A DNA stretch of 64,000 nucleotides from the NCBI GenBank assembly GCA_963763115.1, contig CAVXNM010000026.1, forward strand, positions 7,055 to 71,054, read 5' to 3'. Both the position numbers and the translations under genes were made by a program. Below, in pieces: positions 36,880 to 47,503 of the stretch. Under the pieces are notes generated by a model. That model was not told the DNA's origin. It did not search any database and was given only the letters and a program-made list of their open reading frames with translations. Within the stretch, counting starts at the first letter, position 1; each line of letters begins with the position of its first letter. The stretch is from an uncultured Gammaproteobacteria bacterium (GTDB lineage: Bacteria > Pseudomonadota > Gammaproteobacteria > UBA9214).

Positions 36880-37375
36880 ATAACACCCCCTGTTACATTG
36901 TGTATCGGGAACAGGGACGTGATCATTAAGGGTTCGACTGGCAAAAACCACTCGATACATTAAGCATAGATCACGACACGCAGAAATGGTTCATCTGGAC
37001 CGGCCAAATACCAATCTGCAAACCACATAGTTGCAGTCTGGCCGAACGGTGTTCCAAGATCAACACTTGCCAGACGTGCGGGCATTGCGATTGCAGAGAG
37101 TCGAAAACGGAGTGATCACAAGGCATTGCATGCGGCTGCCGGTATTGCACCGAGCGCACCGGCCGGCCCTCAGGCGCTGTCACTTCACTAATTCAACATA
37201 AGCGGAATTTCTGCAACAGAACTGCAGTCAGTTGAAGCGTCGCATTGCACGCCGCAGGCAACCTTACCACTACGGGCTGAAGCCTATAGGACGTCCCCGA
37301 GCTGGTATGTAGGAGAACTCCTCTGCGAAGGGTAATCAACAGGACCATCTCGGGCGCTTACAGGGCGTTTCCCGT

Positions 37376-38359
37376 TCAATCGCGCTCACGATCTGCAGGG
37401 GCGTCGGCCCCGTGGTCGGTTCGTGTAGTAGCAGCAGGATTATGCCCGCCGGGTCCTCGTGGCAGCCCGTGTGAGCGACGTTGCCGATAACGGCGTTCCC
37501 CGCGGCGCGCGGCGGGAACACCCCGCAGCCCCCAGGGAGTCAGTCGCACGAGCAGACGTGTGCCCCACACCATGGCGAGGAACAACCCCCGCACCCCTGC
37601 GCTGCGTCTCATTCCGTACATGCCGGCCAGGCGTTGCGGCAGAAGCATGGCGGCCATCGCATAATTGAACGGCGAGAGCAGGCGTGTAAACCCGGTGCCG
37701 GCCAGAAGGCTCCGGAAGATCCGTTGTGCGGTCGGCGTCACGGTCAGCGTGCCACTATTTAGCTTTTGCGCCATCCATGCCTCAAACGCCGACCAGTTGT
37801 CAGGATACAATGAACCGGGGATACCGAATAACGCTCCTAGCGGCTTTGCCGCCCTGAGGAATTCGTCCTTTTCATCGCTGTCGAGCGGCGCGACGAAGTG
37901 CTCGTAGGCGATGACGGCCGAGTCAAGCAGCGTCGCGGTCACCCAGAACAGCAGTTCCGGATCGGTCGCATCATAGTCAGACGTCATGCCGACGGGCAGC
38001 GGATCAGCGACGCGACCATGCACCCGGTTGTGAATCATGCGCACCCGCAGGGCCAAGGTCATCGCCTCGTCCCTCTCACCGAAGATGATGCGGTACATGG
38101 CGGTAAATGTGCGTATACCCCGGCCCAGTGGCGCTTCGCGGTAGCGGCTGTGGTCGGCTACGCCTTGTGCGACCTTGGGATGTGCGATCTGCATGAGTAG
38201 TGCCCGCATACCGACCAGCAGCAAGGCGGGTTCACGATTCACACGCCAGAAGACGAAGTCGGGTGAACAAAAGCCCGCACCGGGATCGATTTCACTCCCA
38301 AGCTGCTGCAGATGCCGCTGAAAATCACGGTCTACAGCTTCATCAGACGTCTCATTCAT
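37376..38359 (-). CDS. oxygenase MpaB family protein (DUF2236)
   Basis: REPALLLVGMRALLMQIAHPKVAQGVADHSRY...RVRMIHNRVHG, typical of the DUF2236/MpaB family. Confidence 0.7.
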   Translation of the reverse strand: MNETSDEAVDRDFQRHLQQLGSEIDPGAGFCSPDFVFWRVNREPALLLVGMRALLMQIAHPKVAQGVADHSRYREAPLGRGIRTFTAMYRIIFGERDEAMTLALRVRMIHNRVHGRVADPLPVGMTSDYDATDPELLFWVTATLLDSAVIAYEHFVAPLDSDEKDEFLRAAKPLGALFGIPGSLYPDNWSAFEAWMAQKLNSGTLTVTPTAQRIFRSLLAGTGFTRLLSPFNYAMAAMLLPQRLAGMYGMRRSAGVRGLFLAMVWGTRLLVRLTPWGLRGVPAARRGERRYRQRRSHGLPRGPGGHNPAATTRTDHGADAPADRERD

Positions 38360-38829
38360 GGATATGGAACAATCGGCACGTCCCAGGGAGGACACAAAAC
38401 CCCGTAGGGACTGTCCCTAAAGAGTGTAGCTGGACGGAAGTCAATTCGTTGGGGGCGGCGATACCTCATCTGACCTACCCACGATCCGGGGCATTGGATG
38501 AGTATCAGCCGTGAGACAACATGATGGCAGGGGCGTAATGCCCCCATACGGTAAACCCCTTGACTTTTTGCTCCTTCAAACCGCGTATAAACATCCACTT
38601 ACAAATGGCGTGAATACTATACTGTATACACCCGTATGCATATATGCCACGGCGGATGCGCATCGACCGCGAAAAGATCCTGGACGAGCCGGAATGCTCC
38701 ATTCGTTGTGGTGTACCGCTGTGGTCCGCAAATATTCATGCCGCCTTCGGCAGCATGCTGTATTCATGATGTAATCCACCCAGGACAGGGTGAGTTATAA
38801 CCTTATGATGGTACGGGATTCGATGTCGA

Positions 38830-39053
38830 TGTACTTGTGGCGAGACAGGGAGGTCGGATGGTGTACCCGGTATGCCTGGGCCGATACTGGAGTGTCAGGC
38901 CGGTGATGCTTGACCTTGCGTTCCTGGAACATAGCCAAATTGTTTGCGCAGGAAGAGATTCTCGGCAGCGAGTATGCCCTGTGGGCGTAGGACAAGCCAG
39001 AGGAACGTGGCCAAATCGCCAAGCAGCGTGATTATCATTTTGAAGCCTTCCAT
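38830..39053 (-). pseudogene. rve-family transposase, N-terminal fragment, frameshifted
   Basis: MEGFKMIITLLGDLATFLWLVLRPQGILAAENLFLRKQ then LAMFQERKVKHHRP in another frame. The putative outer end at about 39113-39146 is repeated at 54291-54325. Confidence 0.5.
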
Positions 39054-39162
39054 GACGGGCAGTATCTTGCCATATCATGAAGGGCAGTGCGATTCAAAGG
39101 TAACTGCATCCTTAAGAATCAACGGGATTCGATTATTGAGGAACACAGGGTGGATCTACTGA

Positions 39163-39588
39163 TTACCTAATCCTGTACTGCATCTGCACCTGCCGATCCT
39201 GCCAGATGTCGTCCGGACTTACGTATTCATCAGGTAGATGGAAGGGTATCCCGATGCTGCTGAAGCACTCGTAAACCAGTTCCGAGCAGATGTACTTGCG
39301 GTCACGCGTGCAACGGCTGATGTGGAACATTATACGAAAGCCGATGCGCATGATCTCGAAATTGTCGTAGGGTTTGGTGAGCTCGTCCATGCCGAAGCTG
39401 ATGGCTTGGTTTAGCTTGGCTTCGTCTACCACTGGATGAACCCGTGCGATGACTATATTGCCTTTATAGGGTCGGTTCTTGCCGTGATAATCGCGCGTGT
39501 ATTTGGATAACGGGGTCAGGCGCACGCCAATAAAAGTTTCGCTTTCAAGAATGAATACTCGCTCCAGAGTGGGGTCCTTGTAGATCAT
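39163..39588 (-). CDS. YiiX/C92-type permuted papain-like hydrolase (possibly N-terminally truncated)
   Basis: KPYDNFEI...RKYICSELVYECF pattern of the permuted NlpC/P60-like C92 family. AT-richer segment. Confidence 0.5.
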   Translation of the reverse strand: MIYKDPTLERVFILESETFIGVRLTPLSKYTRDYHGKNRPYKGNIVIARVHPVVDEAKLNQAISFGMDELTKPYDNFEIMRIGFRIMFHISRCTRDRKYICSELVYECFSSIGIPFHLPDEYVSPDDIWQDRQVQMQYRIR

Positions 39589-39599
39589 GCCGACATGAC

Positions 39600-40262
39600 T
39601 CAGTCCAATTCGACTACTTTGGCTTCAGTGGCAAACACGACCTGTTCAGCAATATTGGTTAAATGGTCTCCGTAGCGTTCGAGAAGATGCGATATCCAAA
39701 GCATTCGAGAAGCATCAGGGACAAGATCCGGTCTGGACTGCATTTTTGAAAAAAGCATTTGAATCAGCTTCGCCTGTTCAGCATCGATATCATCATCCAT
39801 CTTTGCAGCCATTTTCGCTCTCTCTGTATCTTTATCTCGGTATGCAACCAGAGTGGCCTGCATCATTTTGTTGCACAAGGAAGACATCTTTAACAAATCT
39901 GTGATTCCCACTTCTGACAGGTCAATATCAGTCATCTGTAAAGAGATGGAAGCAATGTCAGATGCGTAGTCACCAATTCGTTCCAGATCACCGGCAATCC
40001 GTGTGGCGGCGACTACATCCTGTAGATCATCGGCAACCAACTGATGAAGTGCAATTGCTGTCAGGCATTCCCTTTCAACAAGGTACCTGCCGCGGTTAAT
40101 CTCTGCATCATGTTCAATGATGGGCTGACATAATGCTTTATTCTCACCAGTGAGGCAGGACATTGCCTGACCCATCGCATCTGCTACCGCAGTAAACAGA
40201 TCAAGAAGGTTTTTTTTGATTTGCTTTTTTTTAACTACCAGAGCATGGCGGGACTCAGGCAT
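39600..40262 (-). CDS. PhoU-family protein
   Basis: Two PhoU repeats with the signatures DLERIGDYASDIA and LLERYGDHLTNIAEQVVF. No pst genes are adjacent. Confidence 0.85.
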   Translation of the reverse strand: MPESRHALVVKKKQIKKNLLDLFTAVADAMGQAMSCLTGENKALCQPIIEHDAEINRGRYLVERECLTAIALHQLVADDLQDVVAATRIAGDLERIGDYASDIASISLQMTDIDLSEVGITDLLKMSSLCNKMMQATLVAYRDKDTERAKMAAKMDDDIDAEQAKLIQMLFSKMQSRPDLVPDASRMLWISHLLERYGDHLTNIAEQVVFATEAKVVELD

Positions 40263-40331
40263 ATAATGTGTCTCCTGTGAATCGATGTTGGTAGAAAGCA
40301 CATTTTACTCGATTCATGGAAAAATAAATCT

Positions 40332-40400
40332 ATTCAGTGACTTATGCAACTGGCCCTGTGCCGGTTTTTTGTTGTAATTGCTGTGTAAATACGGAAGGTA
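40332..40400 (+). repeat. partial copy of the tRNA-Met module (terminator and downstream box only, no tRNA part)
   Basis: ATTCAGTGACTTATGCAACTGGCCCTGTGCCGGTTTTTTGTTG closely matches the segment after CCA in copy 4 (51487-51535). Confidence 0.6.
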
Positions 40401-40655
40401 TCAATAAAAACCCTGACCAGTTCGGTATAGTTGATGTCATCAAGATAACTGTTCCTTGGTCATCAAATTCAACATCTTTATTGTCATTTTGACATATGTT
40501 GCTAGAACAACACTACGCCATACCCGGTATAAACTGCATCAAATTTATCGCCCTTGGTAATCTCCGATAGGGCAGCGGATTCTAACAGTCAATTCTGGAG
40601 ACCAGTGATGAGATAAACGCCCGTTTGCCGTCAGATTCGTTAGCTTCCAACAAAA

Positions 40656-41285
40656 TCAGAATGGGGCAAAATTATTTAATGTCGCAAACGGCTTGCCAAA
40701 ATTGATCCGACCACCTGAGACGATACCGGAAGTGTCACCCGTCACGAATCCTGCCGCGCTGAGACCCACTAATCTTGAAACACAGTAGGTTTCGTCTTCC
40801 GGAGCGGCGTCGGCAGGGATTAGCTTGTCCTTGATCTTTCTGATTTTCAATCGCGCCGTAATATAACCTGAACCGAACAGTGCTCCGGTATCAAGTAGTG
40901 CGATTATGTTATCGCTGTTCTTTCTCTTGTCGACCACAGTATCCACGGCAATCAAGCTAATCATGGAACTTCCCGCCACGATAGCGCCGCTTTTCTTGTC
41001 CCAAACAACAAGAAAAATGGAACCCGGATTGTTGCAATCGGAGATCGCTGCAACGATGTCATTCGTGCCGGGTCTGCCATCACTTAGCTCCGCGAGGATA
41101 TCCTCCTTCTTGATGGTTTCCGTGCTAATGTCATTTAAGCCGCTCTGGAAATGGATATACAGATTTATGTTACTGACCCGATGGACTGTAAAGAAAGAAA
41201 AAGACGGCACACTCCACAGTAGGCTCAATAACAGAACCGAGATTTTGCACAAACAGATCGTGTTTACGCTACCGAAGTTGTACAT
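40656..41285 (-). CDS. hypothetical secreted protein
   Basis: GAGGA Shine-Dalgarno before MYNFGSVNTICLCKISVLLLSLLWSVPSFSF (signal-like). AT-richer segment. No recognisable domain. Confidence 0.5.
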   Translation of the reverse strand: MYNFGSVNTICLCKISVLLLSLLWSVPSFSFFTVHRVSNINLYIHFQSGLNDISTETIKKEDILAELSDGRPGTNDIVAAISDCNNPGSIFLVVWDKKSGAIVAGSSMISLIAVDTVVDKRKNSDNIIALLDTGALFGSGYITARLKIRKIKDKLIPADAAPEDETYCVSRLVGLSAAGFVTGDTSGIVSGGRINFGKPFATLNNFAPF

Positions 41286-41544
41286 GATTTTGTCCTCAAC
41301 GAATGTCACGCCCAGTCAATATTTATCACCTGTTCACCCACTAAGCTCGGTTGATGAGCAATTACGTGTGAAACTGTGTAACCATAGGAAAAGAGTGAAC
41401 TTGCTATCACGGAAAGGAATCCTCCCCTTGCAACATAGTAAGTCTTACACATTACTGCTCAATGTAAAGCATGTCATATGTTGCATGGCTATGTTGCGAA
41501 TCAGCTTATCCACCGTTTTGATCTATTGGCGATGGCTTGGTGGC

Positions 41545-41845
41545 TGTGTATGGCGAATTGATATTCAGGCAGCAACAGGTAGCAGATATAACCCACGACA
41601 ATGAGAATTCCAGTGGAAATTGTTGAGAGTCAGGAAGTCGGTGTGAGATTCACCTGTTATTTCGGACGGAGTGCCGTCATCAATCGCTGTATGTGTGCGG
41701 TGCGAATTGTGCTACTGGCGGAAATCAGCCAGCTTTCGCTCCAGGTCACTGACATTCCAGAACAACACCTGGTCAAGAAATTCTCGACGAATGGTTCCAA
41801 TCAGCCGTTCGACGAAGGGATGCGATAGTGGCGTATACTTTCGGT
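41545..41845 (-). pseudogene. IS481-like transposase, 3' fragment (same family as 29927-31126)
   Basis: End sequence TGTGTATGGCGAATTGATATTCAGGCAGCAAC and YTPLSHPFVERLIGTIRREFLDQVLFWNVSDLERKLADFRQ. Confidence 0.7.
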
Positions 41846-42340
41846 TGAACTGTGGCGAGTGTTCAGCGTACATTTGACTCACCTGACGTGGCGACACTAT
41901 GTTGTGGACGCGCTCGCTTATTGGCTGCTGTTTACTACGCGGCAAGGCGAAATTCGACAGCCGCAAATGGCTTGGTCATAGTAGCCAGTGTTGTAGTCTC
42001 AGTCACCGTTGTCGTGCTTCGGCTGCACCCGATTTATGGTGTCTTGTCTGACCTGTGCTGCGTTTCGCCTGCGATGGATACGTATTTCTACGTATTGAAC
42101 CCTCATTCTTGTCAGCTCACACACAGAGGTACAGCCTGCAATCATCAAGCGGCTTGCCGGCTTGGGGACGTGAAAATGAGAGGATCAGTCAGGAGAAACG
42201 CGCGAAGTAGCGGCTTATTGTGTGATTGTACGGAGGTGGCATTGCATTCGCGAACTGATTGGATCCAATTATTATGGACCACAGACGTAGTCGGCCACGA
42301 AGTCGGCAAGGGGGATTGCCCCTAATCAGATCGTCGGTGG

Positions 42341-42646
42341 TCAGGCAACCCGTGTATGAATGCGCTTCTCGATCTCGGGCCAGGTGGTACGCTGCACGAC
42401 CCGCAGGTCGTAGTCGGCTTGCAGGCCGATCCAGGTTTCCGGCGAAACACCGAAGTACTTGCCAAGGCGCAGCGCTGTATCAGCCGAAATGGCGCGTCTA
42501 CCGTTGACGATGCCGCTGATGCGTCCGGGCGGTACGACGAGATCGCATGCCAGTTGATTGATGCTGATCCCCATCGGTTTCATGAAATCCTCCAGCAGGA
42601 TCTCGCCGGGATGGATAGGGTCGAGCAACTCCTGTCTTGCGGTCAT
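42341..42646 (-). CDS. higA: HigA-family antitoxin (XRE HTH)
   Basis: 101 aa. IHPGEILLEDFMKPMGISINQLACDLVVPPGRISGIVNGRRAISADTALRLGKYFG. Confidence 0.85.
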   Translation of the reverse strand: MTARQELLDPIHPGEILLEDFMKPMGISINQLACDLVVPPGRISGIVNGRRAISADTALRLGKYFGVSPETWIGLQADYDLRVVQRTTWPEIEKRIHTRVA

Positions 42647-42654
42647 GGTTCACC

Positions 42655-42915
42655 TCAGTGGTAATCGACGATTTCTGCATCACAGGCATTTCCTTCCTTC
42701 CAGGTAAAGCAGATTCGATACTGGTCATTAACGCGGATGCTGTATTGGCCTTTGCGGTCGCCCTTCAGAGCGTCCAGCCGGTTCCCCGGCGGCACTCGCA
42801 GATCTTCAAGGCGCCTGGCGCCTCTGCGGAACCGGTCGCGAGATATCTCGGTGTCCTGATCGAGTCCGCACAACTTGAAAGTACGTCGACGCCGCCATCT
42901 TTCATTTCTGCCCAC
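42655..42915 (-). CDS. higB: HigB-type (RelE superfamily) toxin, N-terminus atypical or truncated
   Basis: C-terminal PPGNRLDALKGDRKGQYSIRVNDQYRICFTWKEGNACDAEIVDYH is canonical. The N-terminal part is about 12 aa shorter than usual, lacks its own ATG, and overlaps the SDR reading frame. Confidence 0.6.
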   Translation of the reverse strand: MGRNERWRRRRTFKLCGLDQDTEISRDRFRRGARRLEDLRVPPGNRLDALKGDRKGQYSIRVNDQYRICFTWKEGNACDAEIVDYH

Positions 42916-43424
42916 AGACCCTCGGCGAGTATGGTATTGAATGCTTTCAATGCCGCAATGGTTGCGATGCGTGGACTGCCCTGGGCGCCGGGAAGTGATG
43001 ACATCAGGACGATGCCCCCCGCACAGCGTGCCAGCATCTTCTCGGAGATTGACCGGACCAGCAGTAAAGGGGCGGTCACGCTGATGTCGACGACACGCTG
43101 TAAATCCTCGCGCTCGACATGGACAAGCTTCGCGATCGGCGCGAACGCCGCGTTGTAAACGAGCAGTCCGACATCGACGGAGAGTATATCCAGGAACACA
43201 TGGGTATCGGCATGGTCAGCCAGATCGAGCGGCACGGACATCGTTTCGATGTGCCAGGTCTCTGCCAGTCTTGTGGCGAGTGCGTCCAGCAGGTCGCGAC
43301 GCTGGGCAACCAGGATCACATTCAGCCCGCGCTTCACCAACGCTTCTGCACAGGCTGCACCCAATTCTTCCGAGGCGCCAGCGACGATTGTCCACGGTCC
43401 ATACTTGTTCCTGAAATCCGTCAT
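42765..43424 (-). CDS. SDR-family oxidoreductase; 3' end runs into the higBA cassette
   Basis: TIVAGASEELGAACA (TGxxxGxG variant), NAAF and SSLPGAQGSPRIATIAALKAF. The last ~40 codons are read out of frame through higB. Confidence 0.65.
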   Translation of the reverse strand: MTDFRNKYGPWTIVAGASEELGAACAEALVKRGLNVILVAQRRDLLDALATRLAETWHIETMSVPLDLADHADTHVFLDILSVDVGLLVYNAAFAPIAKLVHVEREDLQRVVDISVTAPLLLVRSISEKMLARCAGGIVLMSSLPGAQGSPRIATIAALKAFNTILAEGLWAEMKDGGVDVLSSCADSIRTPRYLATGSAEAPGALKICECRRGTGWTL

Positions 43425-43484
43425 GAACGAGTCTTATTGCAGATCGAATCGCCACGACCGTGGTGATTGGCCATAATGCGAATC

Positions 43485-44786
43485 ATGAGTACCTACAGAC
43501 CCGTTACCGCCTCGGCGGTTGTTATTGCGAACATGATCGGCACCGGCGTGTTTACCAGCCTTGGCTTTCAACTGATGGATATCCAGTCCGGATTTCCACT
43601 GATGATGTTGTGGGCCGTCGGCGGCCTGACGGCGCTGTGTGGCGCGCTGACCTATGCCGAACTCGGTGCCACATTGCCCCGATCTGGTGGGGAGTATAAT
43701 TTCCTCGCTGAAATCTATCATCCCGCCGCGGGGTTCGTTTCGGGCTGGATATCCGCGACGATCGGGTTTGCCGCGCCGATCGCGCTTGCGGCCATCACCT
43801 TCGCCACCTACCTGGGGTCGGTTTTTCCTTCGATGAACCCGACCCTTGCCGCCAGCGCATTGGTGATTCTCCTGACCTTTGTACACAGCACCTCGCACAA
43901 GAACAGCGGTGAAGTGCAGATGGTTTTTACTGCACTCAAGATCACCGCGATCCTGGTTTTCTGTGGGCTCGCAATGGCCCTTGTTAAAGAGCCGCAGCCC
44001 ATCGATTTCCTGCCGGAGCCCGGCGATGGGGCGCTTTTGACGGGTAGCACGTTCGCGGTTTCGCTCATTTTCGTCAACTATGCGTATACTGGATGGAACG
44101 CAGCGACCTACCTGACTAACGAGATTTCAGAGCCGCAGCGCTACATCCCGAGAATATTGATTGTTGGCACCGCGATCGTGCTGGTGTTGTATTTGCTTCT
44201 GAATTTCACGTTCCTCTACGTTGCGCCGGTTGACGCCATGCGGGGCAAGGTTGAGATCGGCTACATTGCTGCGAACTACGCGTTCGGCGAATCCGGGGGC
44301 AGCATCATGGCGGTTGTGTTGGCGGCGCTCCTCATTTCGACCGTCAGCGCAATGATCATGGCGGGACCCAGAGTTCTGCAGGTGATTGGTCAGGACGTTC
44401 GGCCGTTTCGAGTGTTGTCACGCACCAATGCCGACGGCATCCCCGTGGTGGCAATCGTGGTGCAGTCGACCCTGACGCTTGCGTTTATCCTGACGTCCAC
44501 ATTCGAGTCGATTCTCGTTTTTTCCGGTTTCACCCTTGCGATCAACACGCTGTTCGCAGTGGCGGGCATCTACGTGTTGCGATGGCGTGATCCTTCGCGT
44601 CTGCGTCCCTATCGTACCTTTGGATATCCGGTGACGCCCGCTATCTATTTGCTACTCAACGCCTGGACGCTTGTCTATATCGCGATGGAACGACCGGAAG
44701 AAGCCTTCATGGGCCTCGCGCTGATCCTTGTGGGTGGTATCTTCTATGCGCTGACCGCAATCAGCGGATCCCGGAAAACAGAATAA
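43485..44786 (+). CDS. APC-superfamily amino acid permease
   Basis: About 12 TM segments. N-terminal VIANMIGTGVFTSLGF and YAELGATLPRSGGEYNFL motifs. Confidence 0.85.
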   Translation: MSTYRPVTASAVVIANMIGTGVFTSLGFQLMDIQSGFPLMMLWAVGGLTALCGALTYAELGATLPRSGGEYNFLAEIYHPAAGFVSGWISATIGFAAPIALAAITFATYLGSVFPSMNPTLAASALVILLTFVHSTSHKNSGEVQMVFTALKITAILVFCGLAMALVKEPQPIDFLPEPGDGALLTGSTFAVSLIFVNYAYTGWNAATYLTNEISEPQRYIPRILIVGTAIVLVLYLLLNFTFLYVAPVDAMRGKVEIGYIAANYAFGESGGSIMAVVLAALLISTVSAMIMAGPRVLQVIGQDVRPFRVLSRTNADGIPVVAIVVQSTLTLAFILTSTFESILVFSGFTLAINTLFAVAGIYVLRWRDPSRLRPYRTFGYPVTPAIYLLLNAWTLVYIAMERPEEAFMGLALILVGGIFYALTAISGSRKTE

Positions 44787-45291
44787 GCGCAAACGTTGAC
44801 GCTTTATAGTGAATATAGCCGGGTTTGTCCGAGATCAACTTCCGCTCGATCATCGGGATATTGATAACGGTAAAGAGCAGCAGCTCTCTGATGGGACCGA
44901 GTGCCATTGTTGTCGTTGCGTCTCCGAGCGACGCGCAGCCGAACAGAAATATCGATATCCAGGACCCGATCTCGCCGAGGTAGTTTGGATGTCGGCACCA
45001 GCGTCACACGCCGGACGCCAGCACTTCAGCCGGCGAGGCACGGGTCGCACGGAAGCGGTGTAACTCGATATCGGTCTGCGTCTCCAGCCACACAGCGAGG
45101 ATACCAATGGCGCCCGCTACCAGATCAAGGGCGCCGAAAGGGTGTGAGCCATCATTGCTAGGGCCGGTTATCGCTTCGTTAAGGTCCAGTAGCTGTTCGC
45201 CAAACTGAGACTGCGAGAATGGAATTCCCATGAATTGGGATAACGGTGACCGAAATGTGCTTTGTCCTGCTATCACGTGGCCTCCGCACAA
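44761..45291 (-). pseudogene. ICMT/DUF1295-like membrane methyltransferase-fold protein: N-terminus replaced, frameshifted
   Basis: ...AGAIGILAVWLETQTDIELHRF... then, in another frame, RHPNYLGEIGSWISIFLF. The upstream part is a 105-nt repeat also found at 48669. Confidence 0.55.
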
Positions 45292-45539
45292 CCTGAGCGC
45301 ATTGAATGATAACTATTGGTCGATAGTCTAAGTATGATAACAAGGTGTAAATGTCCCTTAATTGCCGTATTCGAGACTTCTACCGGGTAAAGTGTTTTGT
45401 CTTGTTATGGCTGACAGTTGCCGTTTAGTGATGGCTTATATAGACGACCACTAAACAAGCGCCTTTGATCACAAGCCGATGTTGCGGTGATACGATTCGA
45501 CGATGCATCGTCTATCAAAGTGGGCGTAGCCTAAACATT

Positions 45540-46058
45540 ATGGGGTCACCAATACTCTACATCTTTACGGGCTTGCCGGGCTCAGGCAAGACAAAGCTCT
45601 CGCAGTGCTTAGCCGGCCGTGTTGGCGCCGTTTACCTGCGCATCGATACCATCGAACAGGCGCTGCGTGATCTTTGTGAAATCAACGTCAAGGGAGAGGG
45701 TTATCGGCTCGCGTATCGACTCGCTGCTGACAATCTAAGGCTCGGGTTGAGTGTGGTTGCCGACTCATGCAATCCAATCGCACTGACGCGTCGTGAGTGG
45801 GAGAAGGTGGCTGAGTTTGAAGGCGCGAAGTCTATTAATATCGAGGTTACTTGCTCTGACTTGGCTGAGCACCGTCGCCGGGTGGAAACCAGGGAGCCCA
45901 CGATTCCAATGCTCGAGCACCCGACATGGGAGCAAGTGGTGCAAAGGGAGTATGAACCATGGAATCAGCAACGGATTATCATCGATACCGCGGGACGTAC
46001 AGTGGAGGCGTCCTGCTCCGAGCTGTATGCTCTGATTGCCGACGTGGCCCGTGATTGA
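45540..46058 (+). CDS. AAA_33/zeta-toxin-like P-loop kinase family protein
   Basis: Walker A ILYIFTGLPGSGKTKLS. 172 aa from ATG 45540. Confidence 0.6.
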   Translation: MGSPILYIFTGLPGSGKTKLSQCLAGRVGAVYLRIDTIEQALRDLCEINVKGEGYRLAYRLAADNLRLGLSVVADSCNPIALTRREWEKVAEFEGAKSINIEVTCSDLAEHRRRVETREPTIPMLEHPTWEQVVQREYEPWNQQRIIIDTAGRTVEASCSELYALIADVARD

Positions 46059-46145
46059 AACAGATTGAACGAGACTCACGGCGGAGTCTCGCACTGACTG
46101 GTTGTGGCAGAAATGCGACCTACAGGCTGAACTTAAAGGATCAAT

Positions 46146-46571
46146 TCATATCCGTGGTCTGGCGAATACCTGGGTCCAGTAAATCGAGTAATCTGAGCCA
46201 CTGACTGTGTAACTAGCAGCCCCGAATTCTGTGTACGATGAGTACATGATATTTGCACAATGACCAGGGCTATCCAGCCATGCCGTCATGACTGTGTCAA
46301 TGGACTGTTGGCCGGCGGCGATATTCTCACCTACAGCAGACCAGTCATAGCCAGCATTTGTGACTCGATCCCCCGGAGCTAAACCATTAGAGCCGGTGTG
46401 ACTGAAAAAGTTTTGATCACCCATATCGCGACTGTGATCATAGGCAACATTTTCCAGTGTGCAATGCCAGCTCAAGGCAGTAGTGGCCGGATAATTCACA
46501 CTACCGCAATTACGGGCTTGCGATCTGGCATCATTCACCTGTGTCAGTATCTCCTTATCACTATCTGACAT
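46146..46571 (-). CDS. CAP/SCP (YkwD-like) domain protein, apparently lacking its N-terminal signal/linker
   Basis: HSRDMGDQNFFSHTGSNG...GENIAAGQ...MTAWLDSPGHCANIM...YWTQVFA. The upstream Pro-rich linker sequence lies in another frame. Confidence 0.65.
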   Translation of the reverse strand: MSDSDKEILTQVNDARSQARNCGSVNYPATTALSWHCTLENVAYDHSRDMGDQNFFSHTGSNGLAPGDRVTNAGYDWSAVGENIAAGQQSIDTVMTAWLDSPGHCANIMYSSYTEFGAASYTVSGSDYSIYWTQVFARPRI

Positions 46572-46799
46572 GCATTGGTCGATGACAGCCTGCGGTGTAC
46601 TGCCCAGGTTATATGCTTCATTGCCTCCAGTTCCTGGTGCTGGGGTTTACGGCGGGGGAGGTGCTGGAGGGGCTTGTGTGGGGTTACCGTCAACTTACTT
46701 CGAGCTAACTCTCAGTACCAAGCCTGGAGATCGAGGATTCAGGGCAGGGTGCGAATGTCTGGAAGGCCAAGCTGGACATGCAGTTACGGGTGGCTATCG

Positions 46800-47010
46800 G
46801 CAGCCATTGTTAAGGGTTGTAAGATGCCTGCCCCCGGCCGCCGACGTTGTCGGGGCACGCAACGCTCAACGGGCAGGCAATCACAATCCCTGTCTGGACA
46901 AACACCAGAGCATACCGCCACTTCGACGTGTGACGTGCAATCCAGAACCAGAGCACACGGTCTCCGGGATTAATTCTTGGGTGCTGGGCAGTTCGCTGAT
47001 ACACACTGAG
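46800..47010 (-). pseudogene. IS481-like transposase fragment (family of 26591-27206)
   Basis: YQRTAQHPRINPGDRVLWFWIARHTSKWRYALVFVQTGIVI parallels the 26.8-kb copy. Confidence 0.5.
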
Positions 47011-47102
47011 CTGGTGTCTCTATGCCACGATCTCGAGTTTCAACGAGAGCCGCACTCGAAACAGGGTGGACACAAATGCGAACTGCGCACAGGCAATGGG
47101 CT

Positions 47103-47460
47103 TTATAGTACTGGATCCACTTCGGCAGCAACAATAACAGAGAATTTTAAGCTGACGCTGCTTTTGAATAAGATCAAGGATATCAGGCAGCACGAATTAT
47201 CGGGAAGGACAACCGAAATCTTGGGTGCGCGTCGCCGTGAACGATGAAGAATCAGGAGTTGCTGCTTCATGAGCAGGCTGTCAGCGACAACGGCCCGCGC
47301 ACCGCCAGGCTCCAGGAGTTTGGCAACCGTAGTAAATGGATGCGCGAGGATTACCAGCAGATCCTTCATGGCAGAGCAGGGCAGGGAAGGTTGCGTGCTA
47401 GAACAAGACTGTCTAACCTACTGTTTTCAGGTAATAATTAACCATTCGCCTGGTACAGTG
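47103..47460 (-). pseudogene. IS481-like transposase, 5' fragment (family of 29927-31126)
   Basis: MKDLLVILAHPFTTVAKLLEPGGARAVVADSLLMKQQLLILHRSRRRAP, with an outer end ...ATTCGCCTGGTACAGTG. Confidence 0.65.
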
Positions 47461-47503
47461 TGAGGTTTATATTGCGCTTACCGAAAGCAGAGGGCAGCAT
47501 GGC

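Noticed and set aside
32291-36963. Very long + strand ORFs (501, 339, 243 and 390 aa) covering the same DNA as the SpoVR, YeaH and PrkA genes.
   Set aside because: The minus-strand products match three well-known families over their full length. The + strand translations are Arg/Ala/Gly/Val-rich, have no motifs and lack ribosome sites, so they are typical GC-rich antisense shadow ORFs.
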